NCBI RefSeq assembly: GCF_001194135.2
Contig: NC_068984.1
Coordinates: 22,455,882-22,519,881, forward strand
Direction: 5' to 3'
DNA length: 64,000 nt
Source of the DNA: Octopus bimaculoides
Taxonomy: Eukaryota
Below the pieces are notes generated by a model that made no database searches, had not been told where the DNA came from, and was given only the letters and a program-made list of their open reading frames with translations. Positions 1-14,450 of the stretch are shown here, piece after piece. The translations under genes were made by a program, and so were the position numbers. Each line of letters starts with the position of its first letter. The first letter of the stretch is position 1.

Positions 1-97
1 ACGTTTACACATACAGACCGAAAAGCACACATACTCGATCTCACACTTTTGCTTCTATGTATAAACATGTGTGACTGAATCTCTGTGTAAGTGTTTA

Positions 98-98
<1 letters not shown>

Positions 99-164
<66 letters not shown>

Positions 165-181
165 NNNNNNNNNNGTGTGTG

Positions 182-213
<32 letters not shown>

Positions 214-214
214 C
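99..214. repeat. (GT)n microsatellite with a small N gap
   Basis: Direct reading. Confidence 0.95.
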
Positions 215-974
215 GCAGTGTGAGCATATGTGTGAAAGGATAATGAGGGAGAAGGGCGAGAATAAAGGAGAGAAAATGTCTGCGCGTGTCAGGAAAAAAA
301 ATAGATAGGTATGCATAGGGAAGCATCGAAAAATGGATTTATTGAATAATTGATCGATCGATTGATTGATAGTGAAATAGAATGATTTTCTGATTGTTTT
401 TTTTTTTATTTCCATTTCAATTTTACTTCTTTTAAATATTGGTATTTTACATGACGGGTGGTTAGGGATTCCAATACAAGCGATGAGTATTAGGAGCGAT
501 ATACTCATAACATGTGATTGTATTATTTTTCTTCTCCACACTTTTGTATCAAGGTTGACAATTTCCCTCACTCGTAAATCACTCTCATGTGTAATAAAAT
601 ATCGGGAAAGAGGGGGGAAAAAATCAATCAAAATAAATGTGCCAAATATGGAATCATGCTGATTGTAATACTTTATGGACATTAAGCCACAAAAGTGTAA
701 AATTGAATATTTTATGTGCGTAGCGAGGATGGCATGGGTGTAGAGAGAGTGTACTCTACTGTTTAGGATTTATTTGTTGGTGAATTTAAATTTTCTTCAT
801 AGTTTTATTCTTTAATTATTTAAAATCATGTGAAGCATAACAAACTGACATGTTGTTTTTTTTTGTCATATGTGATAGCATATCGTCACTGGATTCAGCA
901 CGAACATGCTCATATATACAGGCGCATGCACATGCACACCCAACTGCAAATATAAAAATATACACATTTGTATG

Positions 975-1006
<32 letters not shown>

Positions 1007-1400
1007 GACACACACATATACATACATACATACATATANNNNNNNNNNNNNNNNNNNNNNNNNNNNNNNNNNNNNNNNNNNNNNNNNNNNNNNNNNNNNN
1101 NNNNNNNNNNNNNNNNNNNNNNNNNNNNNNNNNNNNNNNNNNNNNNNNNNNNNNNNNNNNNNNNNNNNNNNNNNNNNNNNNNNNNNNNNNNNNNNNNNNN
1201 NNNNNNNNNNNNNNNNNNNNNNTTTTCTGTTTCGATTAGAAGACAACATCTTCAACAGAAAATGCAAAAGACATGCTATCGTAACTTATCAAACAGCATA
1301 AACTTGGTTTACTTGCTGTGTATTTCATATGGCGTCGACATTACATTTCGCATATATCGTGTCATTTGCTTTATGCTTTATCTGTGATATATACATATAT

Positions 1401-1437
<37 letters not shown>

Positions 1438-2444
1438 TGTATGTGTATGTATGTATGTATGTATGTATGTGTGTGTTTGTGCGTGTGTATAAAAGCGATA
1501 TTTAATATATATTGTGTTTATAGATTCCCCTTTGTCAAATTGTGAATTTCGTGCTGATTTCGAATCATGCAAAATCAATACAAATCGTGAAGTGTGTTTC
1601 TGACAAAATATTTGAGCGATACTTTCGAATGAGTTATGTTAAATGGTCAATAGATATTCTAAGAATATTAAAGGGGTGTAACAGGGCGAGTCACCAATGT
1701 AAGTTGAGAGGAGTGTCTCCTATATGTAACGTGTTCGAATTGTAGCATAATGCGTGTAGTTTGCCTTTTTACAAGGCAGGTCATAGAAGAATCCATTTTC
1801 AGTGATTTCTAAAAGAGGCGTGAATAAAGAATATTCAGAAGGTAAGTTTATAAAACAAAGTCATTGAAATTTATTCATTTGCGTAATGAGTGCTAACAAG
1901 TGGTAACGAGGATTAACCTTGCATATGAATGGGAACCAAATATATGTATATGCGAGACAGGAAAAGTAGCATGACTTACTATATACTCTGAGGTTTAAAA
2001 CGAGCAGAGTCGAAGCTGATATTAATCAAATGAATTGAGTATAGTTGGAGGTGAAAATGTGACACGTTGAACAAAGCGATTTTGCTTCTATGCCGTCAAC
2101 TTCGCAACTGGTTTGAAACTGCCGATTCTCTGCTGTAGTGATTTCTGCTGCTAAGGCAGATCACTGCCGTTTTATTCATACACCTCCAGCTCTGATTGGC
2201 TGGAGTCTATCACAGAACAACTGGACTATGGAACCGTGATGTAATATATCTTTCCTGACTTGCTACACTTTCACCTGCAGACTGAAATTCGATATAAACA
2301 AGAAAAGGGAATGAGAAAAATGCAAAGCAAAATAGAAGAAAAGAAAAATTGTTCAAACAGTGGAAAGAGAAAAAACGAATACATTAACCAAAACAAGCAT
2401 GCAAATACAAGGCAGTTAAAGGCTCGCGAGTTCATTTATAAATT

Positions 2445-3056
2445 GCTTCTCAAAGTCTTTTGGGTCAACGGACATGACAACCGCTGCGAGTTGTTGTAAC
2501 GTATCTTGGTGAAAGTGGGAGAGATGTTTGTGGAGCAGTTTGTATAGAGGCAGAATGTTTGTGGAGTGGTGTGTGCGGGGGGAGGTATGGGGCTCCGAGG
2601 TATTAGCATCTGTGTAGGCTTTTTTAAGTCTAAGAATGGAGAATGTGACTCATTAAAGACAATAGTAAAATGTTTGTCGGGGCGTGCAAGCACGCGATAA
2701 GGTCTAGAGTATGGTGGAATAAGAAGAAATCTCACTGCGTCATTTCTGACGGATACATGGGTCCACGAGGCAATGTCCCTCGGTACCGAAGGTTTAACGG
2801 CTTGGTGCCGGCTGTTCATGGGTGGCAGAACTTGAAAGTACGAACACAGGCGGTTCACATAAAGTGCCGGATCCTGAGTAGAAAGATCAACTCGGACAAG
2901 CATCTGCGCCGGTAAAGACAAAGGAACACCGTGTAACAGCTCAGCTGAAGAGAATTCGAAATCCTTCTTAAACGGAGTCAGGATGCCGAGGAGTACTTTG
3001 GGGAGGTACTCGCTCCAGCGTTGAGTATCGGCAGCCATATTGAAAACGAAATGCAT
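2445..3056 (-). mobile_element. Ty3/Gypsy LTR-retrotransposon relic (integrase C-terminal region)
   Basis: Minus ORF reads WSEYLPKVLLGILTPFKKDFEFSSAELLHGVPLSLP...THVSVRNDAVRFLLIPPYSRPYRVLARPDKHFTI, matching the Gypsy integrase tail pattern. Another frame ends TTRSGCHVR*PKRL*, typical of the Gypsy pol terminus. No LTR was identified. Confidence 0.8.
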
Positions 3057-3109
3057 CCATGTAGTTTAGAAGAAAATAAATGAAGCCATTATGTGAAGAG
3101 TATATGCAA

Positions 3110-5330
3110 TAGCATTTCCAGAGAATATGTAAATATCAACCCAGTCATACATCGTAACAGTACAAATGCAGACACCATCAAGGTATTGCAGTGATGAAGG
3201 AATGGAGAAATTCTATAAAACCTAGGACAAGAACAAAATGCCATATAACCGTAAGGCAAACATTGATTCAGATACTAAAGAAGGCTTGGTAAAAATTTTA
3301 CAACGGGCGAATAAGATTATTATAACTGAAAAAGCAACACAAGCTAAATATAGTAAATTCTGTTTTAAGTCTTCTAAGAGTATTTATCCAATCTTCTAAG
3401 CTGTTTTCACAGCTATTCTGTGTTCAAGGATACCTTCATTTTCTGTAGTGTAAATACAGTACATCATCACAAACCGCAAAGGAGAATTATATGGCATTCA
3501 TCTCGAGAGATACCGAGATATCTAACATCAGAATCGATTGCATTCTGCAATCAAATTGAGTATAAATGGAGCGTAAATGTCTTTAAGACTTAATATTTCC
3601 AGCTGCGGACATAGGTAGCGATTGCGAATTTTGAGGATGACGTATAGAAGTTAAACTGAAGCCAATCATGCAGAATGAAAATCAAGAGTGGTCTTGAAAT
3701 ATTTAAAGAACGAAGCGTAACAGATATTAATGCACAAACAGAAGGAAAATTCGTATTTTCTTATTAGACAGAGATGTGTAAGAATTAACAGGATACTTTG
3801 AAGAAATAATAACAACTGTGGCCGATAGAATTCTTGGCAATAGGAAGAAAGTTAAGAATCCTTTGATAAATAAAGGTGTTTTTAATCAATTGTGATGAAA
3901 GGGAAGATCTGAAACAGAAACGATTCGAAAATGAGACAGGAGGAATCGAATATCGATTGGCCAATCGAAAAGTAAACAGGAAATTAGGGCAATCTAAAAT
4001 ACAGGGATTTACTAAAGTTGTGAAGAAAAAGAAATCAGTCAGAAAGCAAATAACTCGAGTAAATTATATGTAATGCTCAGAGATCTAACCAATGAACGGA
4101 TACTTAAATGGAAAGTTGTTGAAGATAAATACGGCAATCTGCTAACGAAAACAAATAATTTAACTAAACTGTGGAGAGGATATTGTGAGAGACTTTGTAG
4201 CCAAAAAGTTGAGGTAGATAATAACGGGCTAAGAAATGAAGAAAGGAAATTAGATTTGAGAAATATTCAAGAGCCAACTATCACTTCAGTATTTGCACAA
4301 GAAATTAAGAAGCTAAAACTTAATAAATCACTTGGATGACATAATGCTGAGAGGTAAATATGTCACAGATGTTGTAAAATTTGCGAGAGTTTCACGTATT
4401 GCATTGTGAATGACCAAATAAATTGGTAGAATTAATTGCTATACTCCCGCCAATGAAGAGAAGTTTCAGAATGTGCTTAAATAATAACTGCACAATTAAA
4501 AATAACTGCACAATTAAAAACGCCCTATTAATGGGCGATTTTGTTCAATCTTTTACTTACTCGATTGAAATCAACATTAAAAATGTTATCCATTGAAGTA
4601 CAAGCCAATTTCCAAGATGGAGGAAACACTTTTGTTCAGATTTGTAAAGTTATCAGAACTTAAAAACCAGTCATTTATCACTGACGCACAAAAATCACTC
4701 TTGATCGTTTGCGGCATAAAGTATTACTGTTTCTTATGAGAAAGTGTAAAAGACTTTACCAATTTCATATAAAAATGAACAAATTTCGATTTTGATTGGC
4801 ATTAGTTTCAAAAAGAGAGTTGGTGTCTGAAAGCGGGTGTCTTTCAACATCCTGCTTCAATATTTTAATGATGGGATTCAGCAAATCTGTTGAAGGAGAT
4901 GTAGAAGTAGGAGGCAATGAAATCAGTAATTTCAATCTTTTGTATTCATGTTGTACTATGAAAGTTATAATAACTAGAAATTATAAATCATACAATATCT
5001 CAATACAACTGCAAGAAGATAAAGATTAGAAGTACGAGCAGGACAAAAAAGAAAAATATCGATAAATGATGAAAGCACAAAGAAAGACAAACCAACCAAA
5101 CTAGCAGTGATGCCACTCAAACAATTTGCTGAATATAATACATTAAGGAAGAACAATTTGTGGAAAATCTGAGAACGAAGTTGTAAAACGTGGGAATGTG
5201 CCAGCGACAATGTCTTTAGCGGCATTAAAGATGCTTGGAAACATGAGTGCAAATTATAGACGTAAGATGCTGAATGAGAGGAAAGACATCGTGGAGTTTA
5301 AAATAAAGTGATATATAAAGATATGTCGGT
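3110..5330 (+). mobile_element. Decayed RTE-like LINE (AP endonuclease plus RT remnants)
   Basis: Frameshifted remnants of endonuclease motifs (DEGMEKFY near 3190; IDCIL and FPAADIGSD near 3530-3625) and RT motifs (QANFQDGGNTFVQI near 4600; GCLSTSCFNILM near 4835). Many stops. Confidence 0.7.
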
Positions 5331-8300
5331 TGCATTCCATATTCTGATACTCTAAAAAGAATTAAAATATATATTGTCGAGAAATCTGTGAAGTACGGAA
5401 TTTTCCTGCCAATTGTTAAAAGATGAGAATCGAAAGTTCAAAACGGAAATATGTTCGTAGCTTTCACCAGTTGGCTTAAGATCAAGTCATTTCCTATGGT
5501 GCATTTTTAGTATATTCCAAAATATTAGCTAATTGATTTCATTGGAGATACCTTCCTTGCTCTTACATTTTTTCTTATAGTTTAAAGGTACCTAGAGGAA
5601 TAACAACTGTTATAGAATTATAAGTGAATGAATGAAATTATCGCTCCTCTTCTGATACTATTTTATTTACGAAACTAATGGCGATGCCCCGGCATGGACA
5701 TTACCTCTTGTTGAAACCGATTATAGAATAATAAACAGTGAGTTGTAAATTAATACTACATTGACAATATGCCTCGATACGTTGCATTTGACAAGCGTAT
5801 TTGTAATATATCATAATACAGTATATGGTGTAATTCACAAGAACTTTACAGCATTGTACAAGATGGCATAGCTACATTTTCCCGTGGCATTTCATAATAT
5901 AACACACTTTGCAATTAAAGATTGTATTTACATTTTATAGCATTATACATGTAACAGGATTCACCGAAATTTACATTTCACATTATGAAACAGTTTGCAG
6001 TATGCAATATTACATTTCATCATGATACAGCTGCTTTGTGTTTTGTAAAATGCAATTTACAACAATATTTACATGTTTCCGCAATATGATACAGGCTGTA
6101 GTTCACAGTAATATGTAAAACATACAATATGGTGAAGAATAAAGTTTAGATGAAATATTCATTTCTCCAAATATGTTATAGTTTGCAGTGGCAATACAAT
6201 ATCATACTACAGTTTGAGATGTATACTAAATACATATTTAATCGAAACTTTCACTAAAAGCAAAACATTTCGTACATAACTTAGGAGAAAATAGCATACA
6301 TGACATTTTCTTTTATTATTTAGTAACGTTAAGTATCTAAAATTCTACTTCTATGTAAATCTACATACAGTTGGCGGTAACTAAATACAGGTTTGGGTAA
6401 ATATGTTTTGAATGAAATGCAGTACCTTGACACTTGTTAATATTCATAACAAATGGAAAAATAATGAGGAGCTGTTTCCTTTTCAAATAAGAGTTAGTAC
6501 TGAATCACTTGGAGCAACATTCACTCTTTGTATTAACACGTTGTCTCCTATTTTACTGCCAGAAAAAAAAATTCTAGACGCATGGGTGTAGACAATCTGT
6601 AATTAAACTGAGTTTTGAAGCAGCTTTTAATATTTCGGAATTAAATTCTCATCGGCTAAAGCTAAAAGATGATTAAATTACGACACTCATAATATAATGT
6701 TTATTTAAATTTAGCAATTGTTTCAGTATTAATGTGTAGCCCCCATCTCTGTATCTTATAAAATACCTCAAGCATAGCAGCTAAAATATGAATGATTTTT
6801 CTTCACGTTCAGGAAATATGGTCATCCTTTGGTAATGATTCTGCAAATTCAAAATATTTAGGAAACATTAAAAAAAAAAGAAATATTTAGTATCATCTAG
6901 TGAATCGCAGCACTCCGTTAGTGAGCTACAGCACATTTTTGTCTTTTGTCTTCCAGACGTATTCAATGTAATCCTTTTTTATTTCTTTTTCATAGGATTT
7001 ACAAACCTCCCTCTGTGGTCTGCAAGATATTTACATTCGACATTTGCTCGTGATATTTCGATGATATTCCTAACTAAACTGGCGTAATTAGCATCAATTT
7101 ATATTTTGCTTGGAATTTTATAAGATAACGTTGAAGATTGATAATGAAGTTTCAAAAAAAAGTACAGGAAATGGCATTCATTGTAAAATATCTGTCCTCC
7201 TTCCTCAGAACAACACTGACGCTATTTATAAAACTGTATAGCATATTCCTGCAGCATATTTTACAATATGTTATAACATTTGCACAGGTTTGTTTTATCT
7301 GAACCTTCAGGGCTAATATGAAAATGAAACTTGTTTACCCCACCATATCATCATAACTTTTATCTCACTCAGTCAAATGCGCGCATTTGCAGTTCATTTC
7401 AAGCATTGGCTTTACTATGAAAAGAGCAATATTTCATACACGAACTTTATTGAAGCCATCATTGAAAATTGACTAATATTCAAGTAATCCTAAGTCGTAA
7501 TATATTTTAGGTATTTCAAAAAAAAATCACCATTTATTCTATGAACGTTACTTTTATTGCAGCATTTAGTAAATAAATCATCAATGATTTCCTCAGAAAG
7601 AGAGTGATAAAAAAATGGGAAATATATTAACTTCCCCACAGGATTGTGGCTCTGTATTTGTTTCAGAAAATATTAAATCACTTTATCTTGTCATGTCGTG
7701 TTAGCCTCAGGTTCTAAACATTAAGATATCGTCTGATATTTCAATCATTTCTTTCATTGTGTGTTCATTCCACGACTACACGAGAAAGAGAGAAAAAGAA
7801 AGATAGAGAGAGAGAGAGAGCGGAAAAGAAAGTGAACGGAAGAAATAGGTAGCTGGAGAGGGAGAGCGCGGAAGAGAGAGATATAGAGGGAGAGGTTCAG
7901 GGACATGGAGATTATATTTTCTGTTATGTACACTTTTGGTGCTCCTATTTCTACTGCAGATTTTGTAAAATCGCTTTATCATATCCAAACAGAAAGATCC
8001 AACATCTATCCTCAATCCCTGTATTGACTCACCTTATTGAAAACACTTCCCATTGTTCTTAATCCCTTTTTTCGTGGCCTTTCTTCTCTTACACATTCAA
8101 ATTAAGTTTCTTCTGTTTACATGATATAACAACGAAATGTTACATCACAGGATTCTTGAATTCGTGATATTCCAAATTTCCCAGAGCTCAAATCATGTTT
8201 TCACATTGACAATCAGATAAATCACTCAACAGTGGACTATCAACTGTTGTTGCCGAACGAAAATGTTGCGCCCAGTTGTGATTCGTTATTTTAGCCAAGT

Positions 8301-11300
8301 AATTATCTTGTTTCAGTCTTGAGGAGAGAAATCTTGGCTTACGTTAGATAGCAATAAATTCCTAAAATTATTATAGAAACGTTCTCGAGCAAATATAACA
8401 GTGGACCCCAGTTTTCTTCAGCAACTGTAGAAGGTCCTACACCTCTAAAATTGCACCTTCATCACTGTCCATTTCAGACAATTTATAAGCTTGACTGTTA
8501 TTCGGGAAAATTAATATAGGTTGGATACATAATATTAATTGTCTTCTTTGCTGAAAACTCACGTTAAAACAATTAGTGTGGTAATCTTTTTGTTCTCTCC
8601 GTGGCAAAAGACATCCACATGTTGATGTAGTGCAACTAAGAATTTATTCCAATTAAATAAGCAGCGTTGACTCAATGAAATGTCTTTTATTTGTTTTGAT
8701 CGCCTATATGACAATGTATGTATAACTAGCATATATTCAAACGATCCTTGTGATCATACACCACTATGTCTTGGTTGTAAAAGTACATCAAACATAGCAG
8801 GTAAAGTGCTGACGACGTTTCATTTACATTCAGGGAAAATGTTGATTAATTGGTGATGAGCGGAGCAAACACTCTCAAGCTACAAAATATTTCAAACAAA
8901 ATTATGAAAAAAAACCTAAATATTTGGCCCCATCGCAGAAACTATAGCGCTACTGAAATGCCAAATAATCTTTTGGAATTAATATCGAGTAGTGCGTTTT
9001 TTTTACTGAGATAGAGTGGGTGGGTAGAGTTGGTACAGTACCCAAAAAGCTGTTCTATCGAACAATCCACCGAAGTTAACTTTTGTTCTTTGTTTATCTT
9101 TACAGGGTTGATAAAAAATAAGTATCTTTTAAGGAATACGTTTCACTCTAACCAACTACAGCAGCCTTCAAAATTGGTGCTATTAGGCTTTTATTTGCAA
9201 CTAATCCTTCTTATATTCCAGTTCATTTAATTTTCATTATCCTATGCTCCAGTATGTACATACCAATCCGGCAGTATAGATTCCACTTGTTAATCAAAGA
9301 AACATTGCATATCAGAAATGATCCCATGTTTTCGAGAGTCAATAAAATATCTTCCTTTAAGTGCTGCGTTGATTCAATGGAATATGTCTTCTATCTAAAC
9401 TTTAACTTTGAACTGTGTCCAAGTATAAGGAAACAAGCATTGGAATTCCGAGTAATTCACTCTCAGGATATACTGTACAGATCACCAAAAGCACAGTGAA
9501 TACAAATGGCAAAAATACAAACTCCCGTGTAATCTGTACAGGGTGCTGGTCATCGAGTTCTATACTCTAGACTGTAAAGCGGAGTAAATGTGTGATATAG
9601 TAACATGTACTTTTGAAGTTTCACATCACTGATGTTTTCTTTTTATAATTGGTGAGCTTTTTAAACAATTAGTTCTATGTTTCTCCTTAGAGAAAAGGGG
9701 TTGTACACGGTTTCCGAAGAATAATTCAACTTCAGGCGTAAGTCGAACATGGATAATGCAAGGTTTTGTAGTATAATCAGTTTCCTACGGAGGCACAGCT
9801 GTCAATTACAATATTGAGGTTTGTAATGAGGAGTCCCTGTCAACGATACGTTCATGTGACAGTCGGAAAGCTGTATCTTTCATCCAGAGATTTTGAGATA
9901 AAGCGATAAATAAAGGAAGAGCTTTAATTGTTCCCAGATCTGAAGGATATCATTGGTTGCATAAACATTACCTTAAAATTATTGACTGTTGTGTCCATGT
10001 AGTGCCTCGTGTTCGCATCAGATTTTATAAGAATGGCTTTGTTGACCACAAACTTTTAGAAGCAGGAATCTTTCAGTGGCTATTTTGATAAGTTTAGATT
10101 AATTAATACTGCTATAAATTAACTCATGGATTATTACCATGTTTCTAGTGTAACTAATTATAATTAGATATGAATATACGCAGACATGTAGCTGAATTTC
10201 GGTCGTTACATATCCAGATAAAATTATAGAGATGATGCATTTAACTGAATAAGTAATTTAAAATTACTTAACATAAGGCTTCTAACATCAACGCTAACCT
10301 CGACTTCCCTTTGACTTATGCCTTGTGACAAATTGAACTGATATTATTCATAAACCCAAAATAGCACAACACCATAGATATATAAAAAGAAACCTGATTA
10401 GGCACAAGAAAAATTTCACTAACACAAGTTCTAGCTTAAATATTACGCACCATATCTTCATTCTACTAATATGTCTGACTGAATACAAACTATAGCAAAC
10501 ATTTACCTATGAAAGCACCATTGCAAACCCCATCTGCCACACCACAACTTATAAACAGATATTTCCTCCTGCTCTTCTTCAGTCTTTCATCCTACACAAC
10601 TTCCGTCCTCCTGTACCATTTGTCAATCACATTAAACCACCTACCAAACGACACTGTCAAAAATTATGTAATGCCAGAAAACCCAAAGTAAATCTCTCAA
10701 CATTTTCCTTACAAATGCGTATTCTGCATAAGATTTTTGAGTCCGAAGGCATTTTAAGTTTGAACATACCGTCTGACTCTGTTTCTACATTATCCAGCAT
10801 AGAGGTAAGTTTCTGAAGACGATATATTATGATTCGACGGATAGTTGATTGCTATTTCTAACATGAAACACGGTCACATAAAATTTCCCTTGTTGGCCTC
10901 GAAGTAAATGTATTACATAAGGTGTCATACCTAATTGGAAATCAATATTTATTTAAATGTTATTTTAAGTTATAAATACATTTCAGTAAGATTTATTATC
11001 TCAGTAGATTTCATCAATTTTTAATTCAGTGTTGTATGGGAAATGTGATCTTAATGCTTTCTTTCAAGAGTCTTGATTAAACACCAATGATGTCCCATTT
11101 ATTTTTAATTTTTAATGAAAAATCAATAAATATTTGACCGAAACCACGCCACTGATATTCTTGAACAAATATGATTTAAAATATTGAAACAGAACATAAT
11201 GAAAATAGAAAGAGATTCATATTTAATACTCTGATCTTTTCCTTAAACACTGCTTAATTACTTCAAGAGAAAAGATGAAATTACTTGAATGCTGAGTGAA

Positions 11301-12339
11301 AACAAAATACAAAAAATTCTGAAGAGATATGAAACTATGTCATCAGACCCCAGAACTTGCCATCCATTAATCCTCGTTCTTGGTTACACACTACATTGAT
11401 TAGTCAATAATAATTGGTTAGCTACTTTGATAAACGACGCCATCAACCATAAACAAACTAGTTACTTCATATTTAAATTTAATTTTCAAAGATCCATCAA
11501 TATTTACTTCTTAGATTTTTTTCCTCCTAGCAGCCCATTTGTTTGGTTAAATTTCCTTTTAATTTAGATTTTTTAATGAAACATATTTTTAAATATTTTT
11601 ATGAAGGTGATGCTCCTAGTGACATTTAATCAATCTGTGTTAAACTATGAATAAATATAAACGGATTTTAATTTCTTTGTATTGTTTCATCTTTTAAGGC
11701 AATCATTGGTTTGATGTACATTAAAAGAAACTGGGGGATAAATGGATTATCTATTAATACTTCATGTCTTCATCGATTTCCATCTGTAATTTTCGTTGTC
11801 TAATAATAACAAATTTGCTTATAGCTTGTAGAATTTCTGCTTGAGTTGAGCCGGTGAATAAGATGATTAAGGTTAGAAAGGTTAATCTCCAGTTTCCTGC
11901 ATTACAAGATTAACAATGAGAGTACATAACAACTAAGAAGATTGCTCTAAAACTATGCTTAGTCAACGGAGCCATTTTCCAATTTTAACACCGAGTAAAT
12001 GCTGAATATAGATCCATAGCTTATATTCTTTTTCTTGTTAAATATTATTGTGGACTTAATGATTAATTTGTTGAACATTCTGGTCATAAAGACAAACTAG
12101 ATGATTGGAATACTAAGCACATACAACACCAGTTATTGATGGGTGATATTATCAAGGTACTGGCTCATCATTTGAATTACTTGGCTGATCGCATTGGCGC
12201 AGCAATGTGCCACAGGCAAGCGTCAGTTCACATAATTGTTAATAGAATAACCCACTGTGTAATCGATTAATTTATTTGCAGGAATTATATGAAATGCCTC
12301 CCATATGGCATTATTGTCCCCACCACCACTACCACATCA

Positions 12340-12440
12340 TTATCCTACTCCTCTTCCTACTCCTCCTCCTCCTCCTCCTCCTCCTCATCATCATCATCAT
12401 CGTCATTACTATTATTATTGGTAGTAGTATTATTATTACC
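12340..12440. repeat. Compound (CCT)/(CAT)/(ATT) microsatellite
   Basis: Direct reading. Confidence 0.9.
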
Positions 12441-13559
12441 CAAGTCACAATAAACTTGACACCTGACAACTCGTCATGGGGTTGTCGGAGCAAGCAATAA
12501 ATCAATATCGTCTTTATACTGGCGTGTAGAGAATGGTAAATAGAGATGAACAACAGTATAAGATAAGAAACATGGCTGTGAAATTAATTATAGTTTATAT
12601 CTATATACATGTCATGTGTATGTGCGCGCAGTAGTAGTTTCAGCTGGGAATTACAAACTAACACACACTCACATATACATACACTCACTCACACATTCAC
12701 ACATTTACATACATTTACACGCATATGCAGATGTATTTATGCTTCTTACTTTCTTCTTGTGCGAACAGCTTGTGAAGAAAATATACTAGCATGATATACT
12801 ACAGTTATCTGAATACAGTTATGTGAAAAGTTATTGCAATAAAATTATATGAAAATACCTTACAAATGTTAATCATGAGGAATTCTGAATAATTCGAAAT
12901 GGATTTTTGTTGGCAGGTTTGGAGGAAGCTATGCGATGGGGTGCTGAAGAGTTCTTCACTTTAAGGGTATCCTGAAAGGCCTGGTTGGAAGCCAAGGCTT
13001 CCGAATTCTTTCAAAGGGCTCAGATAAAACTAAAGGACAACTGCAATAAGTGTGTGAATCTGAGAGAGGAATATTCTGAATGATATAATTAACTGATCCT
13101 CGTGTATTTTCTACCAAAGCCAGGAAGTTTTCAGAAACCTCTCGTATTGCCCATGTTTTTCACAGGCATTTTGAGACTGGTGAGATTGATACTCTCGAGG
13201 TTCCCTTTGAATTAAAGTAATCCAAATTAACCCCCAGCAAAAGAAAAGAACTATGAAGAAAGCTTATTTTAGAGGGCTGATGCTCTTGGTAGGAAGGACT
13301 AATGGTTGCTGTAGAACGTGGAGAGATTGAACGTAGTGAGGGTAATAAGTAGGGAAGAGACGAACGCGTTCGAAATGCCTGAGCAGAAGCAATACAATTC
13401 CAGTCAAATCCAAATAATAAATGTCATTTTAATAACACCTCTAAAATATTAAACAATAAATTGGTTACTTGAAATAATCATTGATTTACCGAGCCATAGA
13501 TTTATACTTGCACATGTTGAAAATCTTTGCAAAGGACAAGCGACTTTTAATTGTGTAAT

Positions 13560-14450
13560 AGATATGCACCATCATCCAATTTAACACCAAACCCTGACAG
13601 TAGAGCGGAGCTTACTCTGTTGCAAGTATTGTGACTATTCTCCCATCTGAAGATAAACGCACTCCTTTCCTAGGTGCCATGCAAAACGCCTATTGTCGGT
13701 CCCTTTTCATATCTGCTCTTCTATAAAATATAAACAAACTAAAATGTTTGCCTCAAGCTGGAACTTAGGTTCATAATCAGCTTTCTTTCTTGTTACATCA
13801 AGTCGACGTTGTATGTAAATCGTTATTGCCTTGGTTTATGTGTAGAAATGGTGCGTTGATCAATAATAAGTGCAGATACTTGCTTTTATAGAACAATTTT
13901 TATCTTCGTAACAAACTTGTACTTTAATGGCTCCCTGTTTTCTGTGTACCTTATATTAAGCTAAGCATTAAAATGCCTTTCATGGCTTTTCCTTGATCAA
14001 ACATGTTTATTGCCCATTTATCATAAGAAAAATATCGCAGTTGAAAGAGTGTCTTTACAAGGCTCAAGAGTAACCCATATCAAACTTTAACACGTATATC
14101 TAGGAGAGAGCATTCTCGATAGAAACAAAAAGTGGCTGATTTGCAAAGAAGCAATCGCCAACACATTACAACTTGCTGGCAGCTTCGAATTTTCCTTTCT
14201 TTTCACTATTCCTAACTAGCAAGAGACGTAACTCTTCTATCAAGCTTATCTCATACATCCACCGTGACGTGAGAGCTCGATCTGCTAGAAACAGCAACCA
14301 AATTGTTCTTAACATAGCCTACCATAATCACAAAAGGGACGGCATATTAAATAACAGAGTACGAGATACTCCTAAAGAGAGAAATGATCAACATTGGAAT
14401 AGTTTTGAACATGTACCTTCTCAGACAAGGTTCGCATGGGGCTGAAGAGC
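13560..14450 (+). mobile_element. Penelope-like element relic, GIY-YIG endonuclease region
   Basis: Frameshifted CLYKAQ...HVYLGES...KKW...KRRNSSIKLISYIH (about 14050-14260) follows the PLE GIY-YIG layout VIYKA..YIG..K.R..NST.LS.YI. Boundaries are approximate. Confidence 0.45.

Noticed and set aside
1223-1262. Minus-strand CTGTTGA-A-GAT...ATC-GAAAC resembling the variant hammerhead core
   Set aside because: Stem II is only 3 bp, there is no NUH triplet after GAAAC, and it abuts an N gap.
8330-10060. Minus-strand terminal-exon models giving TM- or GPI-like tails (e.g. FVFLPFVFTVLLVICT; WGPLLYLLENVSIIILGIYCYLT*)
   Set aside because: Several mutually incompatible models are equally plausible, and hydrophobic stretches arise easily from AT-rich DNA.
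12935-13005. CTGAAGAG...GAAAGGCCT (also inverted near 54960-55005 and partial at 14430) as a hammerhead
   Set aside because: Stem II and stem I do not pair convincingly and the would-be cleavage position is G. Kept only as a repeat-family segment.
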